Of a stretch of 64,000 nucleotides of DNA, positions 50,335 through 59,817 are shown in pieces (positions within the stretch are counted from its first letter, which is position 1; each line of letters starts with the position of its first letter). Position numbers and translations under genes: made by a program. Location: assembly GCA_963704655.1 (NCBI GenBank), contig OY969927.1, forward strand, positions 896,001 to 960,000, in the 5' to 3' direction. This DNA is from an uncultured Candidatus Babeliaceae bacterium (GTDB lineage: Bacteria > Babelota > Babeliae > Babelales > Babelaceae). The notes beneath the pieces were generated by a model, which did not search any database, was not told the origin of the DNA, and saw only the letters and a program-made list of their open reading frames with translations.

Positions 50335-50430
50335 TAATTTAGCCGCAAAAAATTTTAAATCTCAAGGTTTATTGACATCTTAACTTATTTTTATATAGCT
50401 TAATTTCTATATAATTTAAGAAGGTAAAAT

Positions 50431-51315
50431 GTGCAAAAAAAGAGATATTTTTTATTGCTGCTATTTCATATAATTGCTTTTGGAAATAATGTAAAAATTA
50501 TTCCCAAGCCTATAAATGGCAGAAATATAATGAGGACGCTAGTTAAACACAAGCCACCAAGAATTTATCTTCTATCTTTTCCAAAATCAGGAAATACATG
50601 GATGCGCTATTGCATTGAGCTCCTTACAGAAAGACCTACAGCAAGCTTTTCATTGAAACCCGATGCCCAAGAGTTACCAATAAGCTATACTTTTGGGCAT
50701 AAGATAGACCTGTCAAAAAAGCCTATCTGGAAAGCGCATAGAGAGTCTGAATTTAATTTCGCAGGTTATAAGTATAGCCCCCGACGAGATTTATTAATTA
50801 TTGCAGTACGTAATCCTAAGGAAGCTATTGCTCGATGGATGACAACATCAAATGGGGCTGATTTATTATCATTCACAGGGCTTATGCATTTTCAATCTTA
50901 TTTTAATGTCCTTAGACTTTTTGATAGCTGGGCCCCAGACAAAAGAATTTTAATTTATTATGAGGATCTCATAAGCGATCCAAGAGAAACTCTTGAAAAA
51001 TTAGTTAATTTTTTAAATGATCCAAAAAATAAATTCGATGCCTTTTTTGATGAATATGAAAAACACAAAGAACGAGGGCTTAAGTTTTACGAATACAATG
51101 GGGGCAGCCAAAGCCAAGGGAACGACCTTCTTTATCATTCACGTAAAATGTCTGCCGTTGACCGTAAAAATATAGACCAATTTATTAAAGAAAAATATAA
51201 ATATTTATGGGAAAAATACCTTGAAAATAGATATTCAGAAGAAACCTTAGAAGAAAATAATTTTTATCGAGCACAAATTCTACATAACGTATACAGAAGT
51301 TTTATCCTTGATTGA
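50431..51315 (+). CDS. Sulfotransferase with signal peptide
   Basis: SFPKSGNTW, VRNPKE, YYEDLISDP; close paralog of 31032-31916. Confidence 0.85.
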   Translation: MQKKRYFLLLLFHIIAFGNNVKIIPKPINGRNIMRTLVKHKPPRIYLLSFPKSGNTWMRYCIELLTERPTASFSLKPDAQELPISYTFGHKIDLSKKPIWKAHRESEFNFAGYKYSPRRDLLIIAVRNPKEAIARWMTTSNGADLLSFTGLMHFQSYFNVLRLFDSWAPDKRILIYYEDLISDPRETLEKLVNFLNDPKNKFDAFFDEYEKHKERGLKFYEYNGGSQSQGNDLLYHSRKMSAVDRKNIDQFIKEKYKYLWEKYLENRYSEETLEENNFYRAQILHNVYRSFILD

Positions 51316-51332
51316 GTTACTCTCAATTTACC

Positions 51333-52355
51333 CTAAATTGAAATTCTACTTAGGCATTGAACTTCCTCTAAATATTCTCTATATCCAAGTATCAACTCTT
51401 TTAATTGGTTCCAAACCCTAGGATTAAAACTATTGATAAACTCAGGTATTGAAGATCCTTCTAAATAATCAAGAATCGTATTCTTTCTTTCATCCTTTAA
51501 TTCTTGAATATCGGCACCATTATCAAGAAGAATTCGAGCCTTTTCTAAAAGACCCAGATTGTTATACTCTAAGCTACCATACTTAACAATATCGTGCAGA
51601 GCTGTCCCATTAGAAGCCGTTTCATTGACATCATAATGAAGATCTTTAATAAAATAATGTAATAAAGCAGGCTCCTTGTTTACATCCAGAACAATATCAT
51701 GCAAATAAAGTCTTTGAGGGTTTAATTGAGCACCATGATCAACTAATAATTTTGCAAACTTTACCGTTTTAGCTGTATCCAAAACTAAATCACAAGATTC
51801 TCCAGAAAGAAAATATTTATTCGTATCTGCTTTACGACGTAAAAGAGCCTTTGCATAATCATAATGCTTTTGGTTAGTATTAGTTGAATCTTTTGCAGCA
51901 AATGCAAGGGGAAAAATATTTTGTATATTCATCACATTAACAAGATTAGGGTCTGCGCCAGCTTCAACAAGAGCCACAACCCAATATGGGTCTGCGGAAT
52001 CAAATGAAAAATTAGACCCCTTCTGTAGAAAGAGCCTTAATACATCATTTTTAATTTCTTGGTCTTTATCTCTGAGAGCCAACGGTATAACATGCATTAA
52101 TATGTTTTTTTCAAAAGTATCTATTCCTTCATTAGGAAGTAATTCTGCTGGGAAATCATCGATAATTTTTTGAGGATTATTATTTAAAGCTAAGTTAGAT
52201 GCAACGGACAGATTTTGTCTAAAAACATAATTTATTTGACCTAATTCACGCGAGAAGAGTATTTGCATGGAATTATTATTATTATCTCTAACGGAATTCA
52301 AGTCGAATATAAAGAAGAAAAACAAAAATAAGGCTGTAAGTTGGATTTTTATCAT
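51333..52355 (-). CDS. Secreted ankyrin-repeat protein
   Basis: LVEAGADPN, LLVDHGA, GTALHD, ILLDNGADI; signal peptide. Confidence 0.75.
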   Translation of the reverse strand: MIKIQLTALFLFFFFIFDLNSVRDNNNNSMQILFSRELGQINYVFRQNLSVASNLALNNNPQKIIDDFPAELLPNEGIDTFEKNILMHVIPLALRDKDQEIKNDVLRLFLQKGSNFSFDSADPYWVVALVEAGADPNLVNVMNIQNIFPLAFAAKDSTNTNQKHYDYAKALLRRKADTNKYFLSGESCDLVLDTAKTVKFAKLLVDHGAQLNPQRLYLHDIVLDVNKEPALLHYFIKDLHYDVNETASNGTALHDIVKYGSLEYNNLGLLEKARILLDNGADIQELKDERKNTILDYLEGSSIPEFINSFNPRVWNQLKELILGYREYLEEVQCLSRISI

Positions 52356-52407
52356 AAAAAGATATCTGTATAATATGTTTATTGATATATTATACAGATA
52401 TCTTTTT
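52356..52407. other. Perfect 21-bp inverted repeat with 10-nt loop
   Basis: aaaaagatatctgtataatat / atattatacagatatcttttt. Confidence 0.85.
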
Positions 52408-52467
52408 AAATTTATATTTTTTTATAAGCAATACGATTCATCTAAATAGCTTAAAATTAAAATTTTC

Positions 52468-53214
52468 TTAAATTTTCAAAATAAAACATAAACTACCATA
52501 AAAATGTATAGATTTTATGTGCTTTTGATAATAATTAAGGTTATTTTTAATATGAGCTGAACATAGCTTTCTATCAGCATAACCAGTAGTTGCACCAATA
52601 AAATTTACATCATCAACCAATGATTGCAGGAATCGTATTGTTGATTTTTCACTCGCCACTGGGTTGCCAACTGAGCCTAAACCACCAAATGATTCCCAAT
52701 ATGATGTATGTAAATCTTCTATAATATAAATACCGCCACTTTTAACATAAGGAAAAAGCACCTTAAAGCTTGTAATTTGCTGGTTCATAGTATGCCCACC
52801 ATCATCAAGGATAACATCAAAACGCCCTCCTACATCTTGAATAAATTTTAGCAAATCAGCTTCTTCGGACTGATCACAGATATAAAAATTACATCGCGAT
52901 GAAAGACCTTGTGAATATTTTTTAAAAAAATCTTCTTCTTTATCTATAAAAAATAAAGTTGCATTCGGAAAATATTGATCCCACATTCTTGCCGACGCAC
53001 CAACAAAAAAACCGATTTCTAAAAATTTCAACGGCTTGTCTCTTAACTGAACAAAATAGGACTCATAAATAGATAAATAATCATGTGATGAAAATTTATC
53101 AGTTTGGCAGTCTTTACCAATTTCAGACAAGCTTTTAAGTGCAAATAGACCATCTTTAACCATGAAAATCTGAAAAAGTAAAATTGCCGTAAGTAATTTA
53201 TTTTTTACATACAT
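52468..53214 (-). CDS. Class I sugar O-methyltransferase (MycE-like) with signal peptide
   Basis: TDK, LEIG, DQS, LDDGGH, GGIYIIEDLHTSYW. Confidence 0.8.
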   Translation of the reverse strand: MYVKNKLLTAILLFQIFMVKDGLFALKSLSEIGKDCQTDKFSSHDYLSIYESYFVQLRDKPLKFLEIGFFVGASARMWDQYFPNATLFFIDKEEDFFKKYSQGLSSRCNFYICDQSEEADLLKFIQDVGGRFDVILDDGGHTMNQQITSFKVLFPYVKSGGIYIIEDLHTSYWESFGGLGSVGNPVASEKSTIRFLQSLVDDVNFIGATTGYADRKLCSAHIKNNLNYYQKHIKSIHFYGSLCFILKI

Positions 53215-53681
53215 TTCTAAAATCCTTTTATAAATAAACTTAATCTTTTTAAAAACCTTATAATTCTAAATAATATTACTCAACTCGGCTAATTATTTTT
53301 TAAAATTCAAAATACCTAGACCAGACTGGCAAATTTTATTCATTTACATGTGCCTTAAAAACTAGATATTTTACTGATTAAAAGATAATAACCAATAAAT
53401 ACCAATTCTTTATCATTTCTTTTTTTCCTAAAATTAATTGCTTCAATACAACACAGCCTTATATATAAAAAACTTTTCATTACTTTGTCAAATTAACCAA
53501 TATAAACTATCAAAAAAAATACCAACCCAATAAATTGGAAATAGCACAATTCCTGGAGCAACAGGAATCACAATTCATTAATTCTTTGACTATTCTTTTA
53601 AACTTTTTTATAACTCTATTAAATCACATTATCTACACATCCAATTTTAATCAAATATTAATAATATTTTTAAGGAGCCCC

Positions 53682-54581
53682 ATGAAAAATATCTATTCCA
53701 TACTACTAAGCATTATCATACTTAATGAAATTAGTGCAAAAGTATTATTAATAACTCACAGCTATAATCGCCCGGACTTTATAGAACTCAATGCCCACTT
53801 ATTTAAAACCTTCCTGCAAGATGATTATGAATACGTTGTCTTTAACGATGCACATCAACAAAATATGAAAGAACAGATAGAACAAACCTGTAAAAAACTT
53901 GGTATTCGCTGTTTTAGGGTGCATCAAAATTTACACAATAGGCCAAATAATTCACCCGGCCATAGGCACATAGACTGCATTCAATACTCGCTTGAAAAAC
54001 TCGGTTATGATTTTGACGGAATTGTCGCCTTTGTTGATTCTGATATGTTTTTAATTAAACCATTTAGTATAGAAAAATATCTACAAGGATATGATCTTGC
54101 CGGCGACCTTGAAGGCCGCTCCAATGAACGAATAAGAATACGATACTTATCGCCTAATTTAACATTTATGGACATGCGTACATTGCCCAATAAAAGAACT
54201 ATTTCATTTGAAGGCGGCATGGTAGAGGGTCTAGCCTGTGACGTTGGCGGACATACGTACTATTATCTCAAAAGCAATCCCGGAATCAAAAGCAAATTCT
54301 TTGGACATATACATATGGGGGCAATGAAAGTTGCCGATGGCTGTAAAAAATGCACTAACTTAGATTGCCCATCATGCTTAAAAAAATTACAACAAATTGG
54401 GCTTGATGAAGAAATCATTAAATTTGTTCATGATATACCAGAAGATAAAGATGTTGAATTCTTTCTTGATCATCACTTTCTACACTATAGAAGTGGCTCT
54501 AATTGGAACGGAAAACCGGCAGAATACCACCAAAGAAAAACACGTACATTAAGTACATTAATTAGTGATATAAGTAAATAA
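53682..54581 (+). CDS. Putative GT-A-like secreted protein (paralog 3 of 3)
   Basis: AAGGAG RBS before ATG 53682; NRPDFIE, DSDMF, DVGG, FLHYRSGSNW. Confidence 0.65.
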   Translation: MKNIYSILLSIIILNEISAKVLLITHSYNRPDFIELNAHLFKTFLQDDYEYVVFNDAHQQNMKEQIEQTCKKLGIRCFRVHQNLHNRPNNSPGHRHIDCIQYSLEKLGYDFDGIVAFVDSDMFLIKPFSIEKYLQGYDLAGDLEGRSNERIRIRYLSPNLTFMDMRTLPNKRTISFEGGMVEGLACDVGGHTYYYLKSNPGIKSKFFGHIHMGAMKVADGCKKCTNLDCPSCLKKLQQIGLDEEIIKFVHDIPEDKDVEFFLDHHFLHYRSGSNWNGKPAEYHQRKTRTLSTLISDISK

Positions 54582-54614
54582 TTAGTTGAAGAAAGAAAAA
54601 ATAAATGAAACTAA

Positions 54615-54650
54615 GGAGCATGCTTTAAAAATCTATAAAAAGCATGCTCC
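54615..54650. terminator. Hairpin between convergent genes
   Basis: GGAGCATGCTTT...AAAGCATGCTCC. Confidence 0.6.
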
Positions 54651-54684
54651 CAACGCTCAAGATCGTCTGTTCAGGACTATGTTA

Positions 54685-55387
54685 TTATATAGCCTGACGC
54701 AACTTCACCCCTTCATTAAGAAATGATCCGCTTTCTATAGCCCCTGTAAGACAAATGAGAGCTATAAGCCCGGTTCCAAAAGTAACAGGTAATCGACTAA
54801 TAGTTTTATAACCTATAATAGAACATAAAGGCAAACCTACAGCGCCCAGAGCAATTTTTCCATCAGCATAGTCACGTTCAATAAGACGGCCCTCTTCCTG
54901 CTCTTTTAGGAATTGTTTATAGGGCTTACATGATTCAGAATTATCAGGTATAGCATTTAACGAATCTTTTATTTGTTTACCTTTTATAAAATATTCGTAT
55001 TGGTTAGGACCAGAATAAAAATAATGCCTAATTTCATTAAGATAATACCTATTTCCAATACCATCAGTATTAATTTTAACTAATTGACGCATTAAATCAG
55101 GAGACGCACAATTACAATTTTTTGCTATAGCTATTGGGTCCCTAAATTTTTCCATTAAAATCGACTGCATTCCAAAAATCATTAAGTAAGGGATTATTGC
55201 CCGAGCTCTCTTTTAAATCTTTAACCCTACTTAACGTATTAATCCATTCTCCTCTTTCTTCTTCTGTACTAGGATATTCATAAGAAGAACCAGTAGGACT
55301 GGGGGACATGGAGAAAATAGCATAAAAAAATAATCTTGCAGCAGTCTTGATAAAATTAAATGTATAGCTTGTTTCACTTAGACTCAT
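54685..55387 (-). pseudogene. Hypothetical protein, probably split by a single-base frameshift
   Basis: ORFs 55142-55408 and 54685-55182 overlap; deleting one base of the T5 run at 55147-55151 joins them as ..FNGK-FRDPIA.. Confidence 0.45.
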
Positions 55388-55391
55388 ACAT

Positions 55392-55479
55392 TCGCCCCTT
55401 CGATACACCCGTCTTCGCCTCGGGTTTACTCCTGAGCTTGTCGAAGGGCTACGTCGGGCACTCAGGGTGCACGGGTGTG
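55392..55479. repeat. Three-layer nested repeat
   Basis: Reverse complement: cgtgcaccctgagtg[cccgacgtagc(ccttcgacaagctcaggagtaaacccg)aggcgaagacggg]tgtatcgaaggggcga. Confidence 0.85.
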
Positions 55480-55531
55480 GGTAATAAATTAAATTAAGCT
55501 ATATTAATTGAAAATATAATTAAATAAAAAA

Positions 55532-55561
55532 GTGCTGCATACCATTTAAGCAGTGCAGCAC
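55532..55561 (-). terminator. Hairpin downstream of the second gmd
   Basis: GTGCTGCA...TGCAGCAC; A-run on + gives a U-tract on -. Confidence 0.55.
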
Positions 55562-55580
55562 CCAACAAAATCAAAATTAA

Positions 55581-56702
55581 TTATGAAAAATTTTCTTGCC
55601 TCGTGCCGCTCAGCAATTTTAAATCCTCACTCACCATAATTTTTACTAATTCCTGAAATGTCGTCGAAGATTTCCACCCCAAAGCCTTTCTGGCTTTAGT
55701 TGAATCGCCTAAAACATAGTCTACTTCTGATGGACGAAAATATTGAGGGTCAATTTTAACTAAAGTTGCCCCAGTTGCTTGATCAAAGCCAACTTCATCT
55801 GTACCCGTGCCCTGCCAGCATATTGTAATACCAACTTCTTTAAAAGCTAACTCAACAAATTCTCTAACAGTGTGCGCTTGCCCGGTGGCAATAACATAAT
55901 CGTCGGCTGTATCTTACTGAAGTATGGACCACATAGCTTCAACATAGTCTCTTGCATAGCCCCAATCGCGCTTTGCATCAAGATTACCTAGATAAAGGGT
56001 CTCGCCGATTCCTAGCTTATATCTTGCAACAGCCAAAGAAATTTTTCGTGTTACAAAAGTTTCTCCGCGCAAAGGTGATTCGTGGTTAAATAAAATACCA
56101 CTACAAGCAAAGTGGCCGTAAGCTTCTCTATAATTTACCGTAATACAATGGGCATATAACTTGGCGACACCATAAGGTGAGCGTGGATAAAAGGGGGTGT
56201 TTTCCGTTTGGGGTGTTTCTCGAACCTTGCCAAACATTTCACTAGAAGAGGCCTGGTAAAATCTAATTTTTTTCTTTGCATCAGTGACATGTATCGCTTC
56301 CAATATCCGCAAGGTACCTAAAGCATTAATATCTGCAGTCTGTTCAGGGGTATCAAAAGATACTCTCACATGGCTTTGCGCAGCTAAATTATAGATCTCA
56401 TCAGGATCAATTTGCTGGATAAGACCAATAATACTGCCCAAGTCGGCCAAGTCACCGTCATGCAAAAAGAAATTATTAAAATTAACAGATTTTTTTAATA
56501 AAAAATTAAGTCTTTTAGTGGTTGATGCTGAAGAAGCACGCTTAACGCCATGAACTTCGTACCCTTTTTCAAGTAAAAAATCTGCAAGATATGCACCATC
56601 TTGCCCTGTAACACCAAAAATAAGAGCCTTTTTCTGGTAAGCAGAATTATAAACAGGTAATAATAAAAATACAAACCCTATAACTAATAGTCTTTTCATC
56701 AA
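55581..56702 (-). pseudogene. gmd: Second GDP-mannose 4,6-dehydratase with signal peptide and an internal TAA
   Basis: [23 protein letters not shown] at 55914-55916, after which the same frame continues DTADDYVIATG...YFRPSEV...ENFS* to 55581. Confidence 0.88.
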
Positions 56703-56757
56703 TTATACTCTTCCATTTTTACTCTATAGTTTCTGTTATTTAAAATAATTTTTTACT

Positions 56758-57753
56758 TTAAACAATGTCACTCAAAAGGTTTAATAAAACTTCGACTCTA
56801 TTTAAATAAGTATGTTTATTTTTAACAAAATCCATTAGATTCAGGAGCTCTTGCAACTCCAGCTCATTCACTTTTTTAAGGCCGTCATAAAAAAGCTGTT
56901 TAGTGTCTGGATTGTACACAATTTTTTGCTCAAACAAATTATAAACTGTTTCGGAATTGGTTATACCAAACTGCCCATAACTAATATTTTTAAAAATTCT
57001 ACACGGTATATAGCCTTCATCAAATTGCCATTTACCCACAATAGTTGGCGCAAGAACTGAATTGAAAATTAATTTCTGGTTTTCTTCTGGCGAGATATGC
57101 ATAAGATGCGAAAACTTCATACCATTTTTTTGACATGCGCGTTTAAATGGCTCAATTTGTTCAACATTGCCATGAAATCCGCCACCTAATGTTCCTATCC
57201 AATAAACGGTATTATCTTTAGATTTACCCCAATTTTTGATAACTTTTTCTTCCATTGCATCAATTTGATAGGGCAGTAAATCTGTTGCCCATGGCATATA
57301 GACAATTTTTCCTGATTTTGATGTATATATACATTCATCAATTTTTTGGATATCGTCATGCTGACCCTTGCATCTATTGGTATACACCTGAAAGACGATA
57401 GCATGGCCGGCGTCTAAAAGAGATTTATATTTTGCCATGGGGCAGTTATGCAATAAATAATAGCTTGAGGCAACAATCGGCATTTTTTTATCTGCCTGAC
57501 CTTCTGTTAAGAACAAACAGTTTTCAAAGTCAAAACCACGAACATCGTCATTATTGTCAAACCAATAGGTTTCGTAACCCATACTTTTAAAGGCTTTATA
57601 AAAAGCGTCATGTATATATGAATGAGTATGACTGTGGAGCTTGTGACCCCATATAACTACTTTTTTGAAATTAAGCGCCGCATGCGCATCGAGTTGGAAT
57701 AATGATAAAAATAGCATCAAAGAAAAAAAATAAAATTTAAAAAATTGCTTCAT
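56758..57753 (-). CDS. Putative GT-B (CgeB-like) glycosyltransferase with signal peptide
   Basis: HSHTHSYIH, PWATDLLP, GYIPCRIFKNISYG, HTYLNR. Confidence 0.6.
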   Translation of the reverse strand: MKQFFKFYFFSLMLFLSLFQLDAHAALNFKKVVIWGHKLHSHTHSYIHDAFYKAFKSMGYETYWFDNNDDVRGFDFENCLFLTEGQADKKMPIVASSYYLLHNCPMAKYKSLLDAGHAIVFQVYTNRCKGQHDDIQKIDECIYTSKSGKIVYMPWATDLLPYQIDAMEEKVIKNWGKSKDNTVYWIGTLGGGFHGNVEQIEPFKRACQKNGMKFSHLMHISPEENQKLIFNSVLAPTIVGKWQFDEGYIPCRIFKNISYGQFGITNSETVYNLFEQKIVYNPDTKQLFYDGLKKVNELELQELLNLMDFVKNKHTYLNRVEVLLNLLSDIV

Positions 57754-57790
57754 AACTACTTTCCTTTTATATTAAAGATAATTTCACTTT

Positions 57791-57921
57791 ACAAACGCTT
57801 CCGTCGTCGCTCTTCGAGCTATGCCGAGACACGATCATTTAATTAACAACGTAACTAAGCTCACAGAAAGTCCTTAACAAACGCGTCCCTCTTCGCCCAA
57901 GGGCTTCGTCGGACATGATCA
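57791..57921. repeat. Two tandem stand-alone family C repeats
   Basis: acaaacgc-ttccgtcgtcgctcttcgagctatgccgagacac-gatca (57791-57837) and acaaacgc-gtccctcttcgcccaagggcttcgtcggacat-gatca (57877-57921). Confidence 0.75.
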
Positions 57922-57943
57922 AGAATAAACAAAGTAACTAAAC

Positions 57944-58831
57944 TCATCGCAACTCCTTAATAAACGCGTCGTCGGAAAGCCAACTACCAGCCCAAAGATG
58001 ATTCGCATACGCCTCTGGGCGCATCCACACACTCTTGTCTTTAACCTTTTCATGATAACCCATAGGGTATAAATATGATGCTGGTAACGCTATAACTTTA
58101 TCATGGCACAGAGGCGCCAAATGATAAAATAAAATAGTAAAAAAGAATGGCCCAGTACGTAAAACAACAGCCTCTGCAATTTTTTGTTTTTCACTTATTC
58201 TTTGAATAGCCTCTAATAATAAAGGGTGGCCCGGCCGAGCCCCAAAAAGCCCTAACCCTATCTGCACATGACCCGTATCTAAAGGCTGAATGCCCATATA
58301 AAAATCATAAGATTTATGCAAATCATCAAGTGGTCTATAACATTCGTAATCTGGCACATCTATATAAACACCACCACAGCGATAAATTATCTCATACTTT
58401 GCAATATCTGAACGCTCGCCATAATTAATTGCATAATCATACATAGCTCTATTGGTAAGACCAAATTCATCGATCTCTTTTTCTGTCCAAAGTTTATATT
58501 CCCAATCTGGATGATTTTTCAGCCATGTATCACGCAAGGCAACGTACTTTTCTGGAAACGGAGACCCCAGCCAAATTTGATGAATAATTTTAGGAATTTT
58601 ATAAGGTGCACCAGCTGGAACTTTTGATACATAATTTTTGTTATATAATTTTTTTAACATATCATAAATATCTTTATGCGCAGTGTCCTGATCGAAAATA
58701 TCTGGGTATTCATTCAAGCGCATGGAAACATCAAAATCAACTTTTTTATTACTACGACTCAAAACATATGTAGTAGCTAAACAGGCAAAAAATGCACCGC
58801 CTATAAGTAAATAAACATTATTTATCTTCAC
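57944..58831 (-). CDS. GT32 (OCH1-like) glycosyltransferase
   Basis: IPKIIHQIWLG, RSDIAKYEIIY..GGVYID, TGP, HLWAGSW; N-terminal hydrophobic anchor. Confidence 0.85.
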   Translation of the reverse strand: MKINNVYLLIGGAFFACLATTYVLSRSNKKVDFDVSMRLNEYPDIFDQDTAHKDIYDMLKKLYNKNYVSKVPAGAPYKIPKIIHQIWLGSPFPEKYVALRDTWLKNHPDWEYKLWTEKEIDEFGLTNRAMYDYAINYGERSDIAKYEIIYRCGGVYIDVPDYECYRPLDDLHKSYDFYMGIQPLDTGHVQIGLGLFGARPGHPLLLEAIQRISEKQKIAEAVVLRTGPFFFTILFYHLAPLCHDKVIALPASYLYPMGYHEKVKDKSVWMRPEAYANHLWAGSWLSDDAFIKELR

Positions 58832-58833
58832 GC

Positions 58834-59817
58834 TTAAAACCCTTTTTTATATTGTTTGTACCATTCAATTGTTTTATCTAAACCCCATACTTCGCTTATC
58901 CGGGCGTCCCCGCTCGGCAAGCTCCGTAGGGCAGGCATCTTCTCTGAGGGAGAACACCAGCCTAAATTTTTTAATTTTGTTACATCAAGCCTCTTGCGCG
59001 GGGTGCCATCTGGATAACTACTATCCCAGACTATCTGGCCCTGAAAACCTGTAAGTTGTGCAAGAGTATATACTAATTCTTCTATTTTTATATCATGACC
59101 AGTTCCAACATTAATTATCTCTGATCCATCAAAATTATTCATTAAAAAAATAAGTGCGTCTGCACAGTCGTCAACAAATAAAAATTCACGGTACACTTGC
59201 CCCGTTCCCCAAACAACCACTTCAGGTTTATTATGCGTAACTGCATCACAAAGTTTTGCGATTAATGCGGGAATAACATGTGCCTGCATGATATCAAAAT
59301 TATCTCCAGGGCCGTATAAGTTTGTCGGCATAGCAGAAATAAAATTCGTGCCATACTGCTTATTATATGCTTGGCAAAGCGCGATGCCAGAAATTTTAGC
59401 AATCGCATAAGGCGCATTAGTCGGCTCCAAGGGCCCGGTTAATAATGCACTTTCTTGTATCGGCTGCTGTGCATCGCGTGGATAAATACAAGAAGAGCCT
59501 AGGAAAAGTAATTTTTTTACCTGATAGGTATACGCAGCATGAATGGCATTAAGCTCAATTGCTAAATTATCATAAATAAATTCCGCTGGCCGTGTATTAT
59601 TTGCATGTATGCCGCCTACGCGGGCCGCTGCCAAAAAGACATAGTCTGGGCGCTCTGATTCAAAAAAATCATTAACCGCTTGTTGTTTGCGTAAATCACA
59701 TTCGGCAAATGTTCTTGTTACGATATTCGTATAACCTAGACTGGTCAGCTTGCGCATGAGCGCTGAACCGACTAAGCCTTGATGACCCGCAACATATATT
59801 TTTGAATCAAGATTCAT
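58834..59817 (-). CDS. fcl: GDP-L-fucose synthase
   Basis: [43 protein letters not shown]; repeat-derived insert near the C-terminus. Confidence 0.95.
   Translation of the reverse strand: MNLDSKIYVAGHQGLVGSALMRKLTSLGYTNIVTRTFAECDLRKQQAVNDFFESERPDYVFLAAARVGGIHANNTRPAEFIYDNLAIELNAIHAAYTYQVKKLLFLGSSCIYPRDAQQPIQESALLTGPLEPTNAPYAIAKISGIALCQAYNKQYGTNFISAMPTNLYGPGDNFDIMQAHVIPALIAKLCDAVTHNKPEVVVWGTGQVYREFLFVDDCADALIFLMNNFDGSEIINVGTGHDIKIEELVYTLAQLTGFQGQIVWDSSYPDGTPRKRLDVTKLKNLGWCSPSEKMPALRSLPSGDARISEVWGLDKTIEWYKQYKKGF
58885..58936. repeat. Family C-like repeat in-frame within fcl
   Basis: Minus strand gcctgccctacggagc...gcgaagtatgg encodes [17 protein letters not shown]. Confidence 0.7.

Noticed and set aside
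53535-53681. 49-aa upstream extension of the 53682 gene
   Set aside because: Strong AAGGAG RBS at ATG 53682, and paralogs begin at the equivalent position
55914-55916. Stop-codon reassignment or programmed readthrough
   Set aside because: TAA terminates many genes in this window; a single nonsense change or error is simpler
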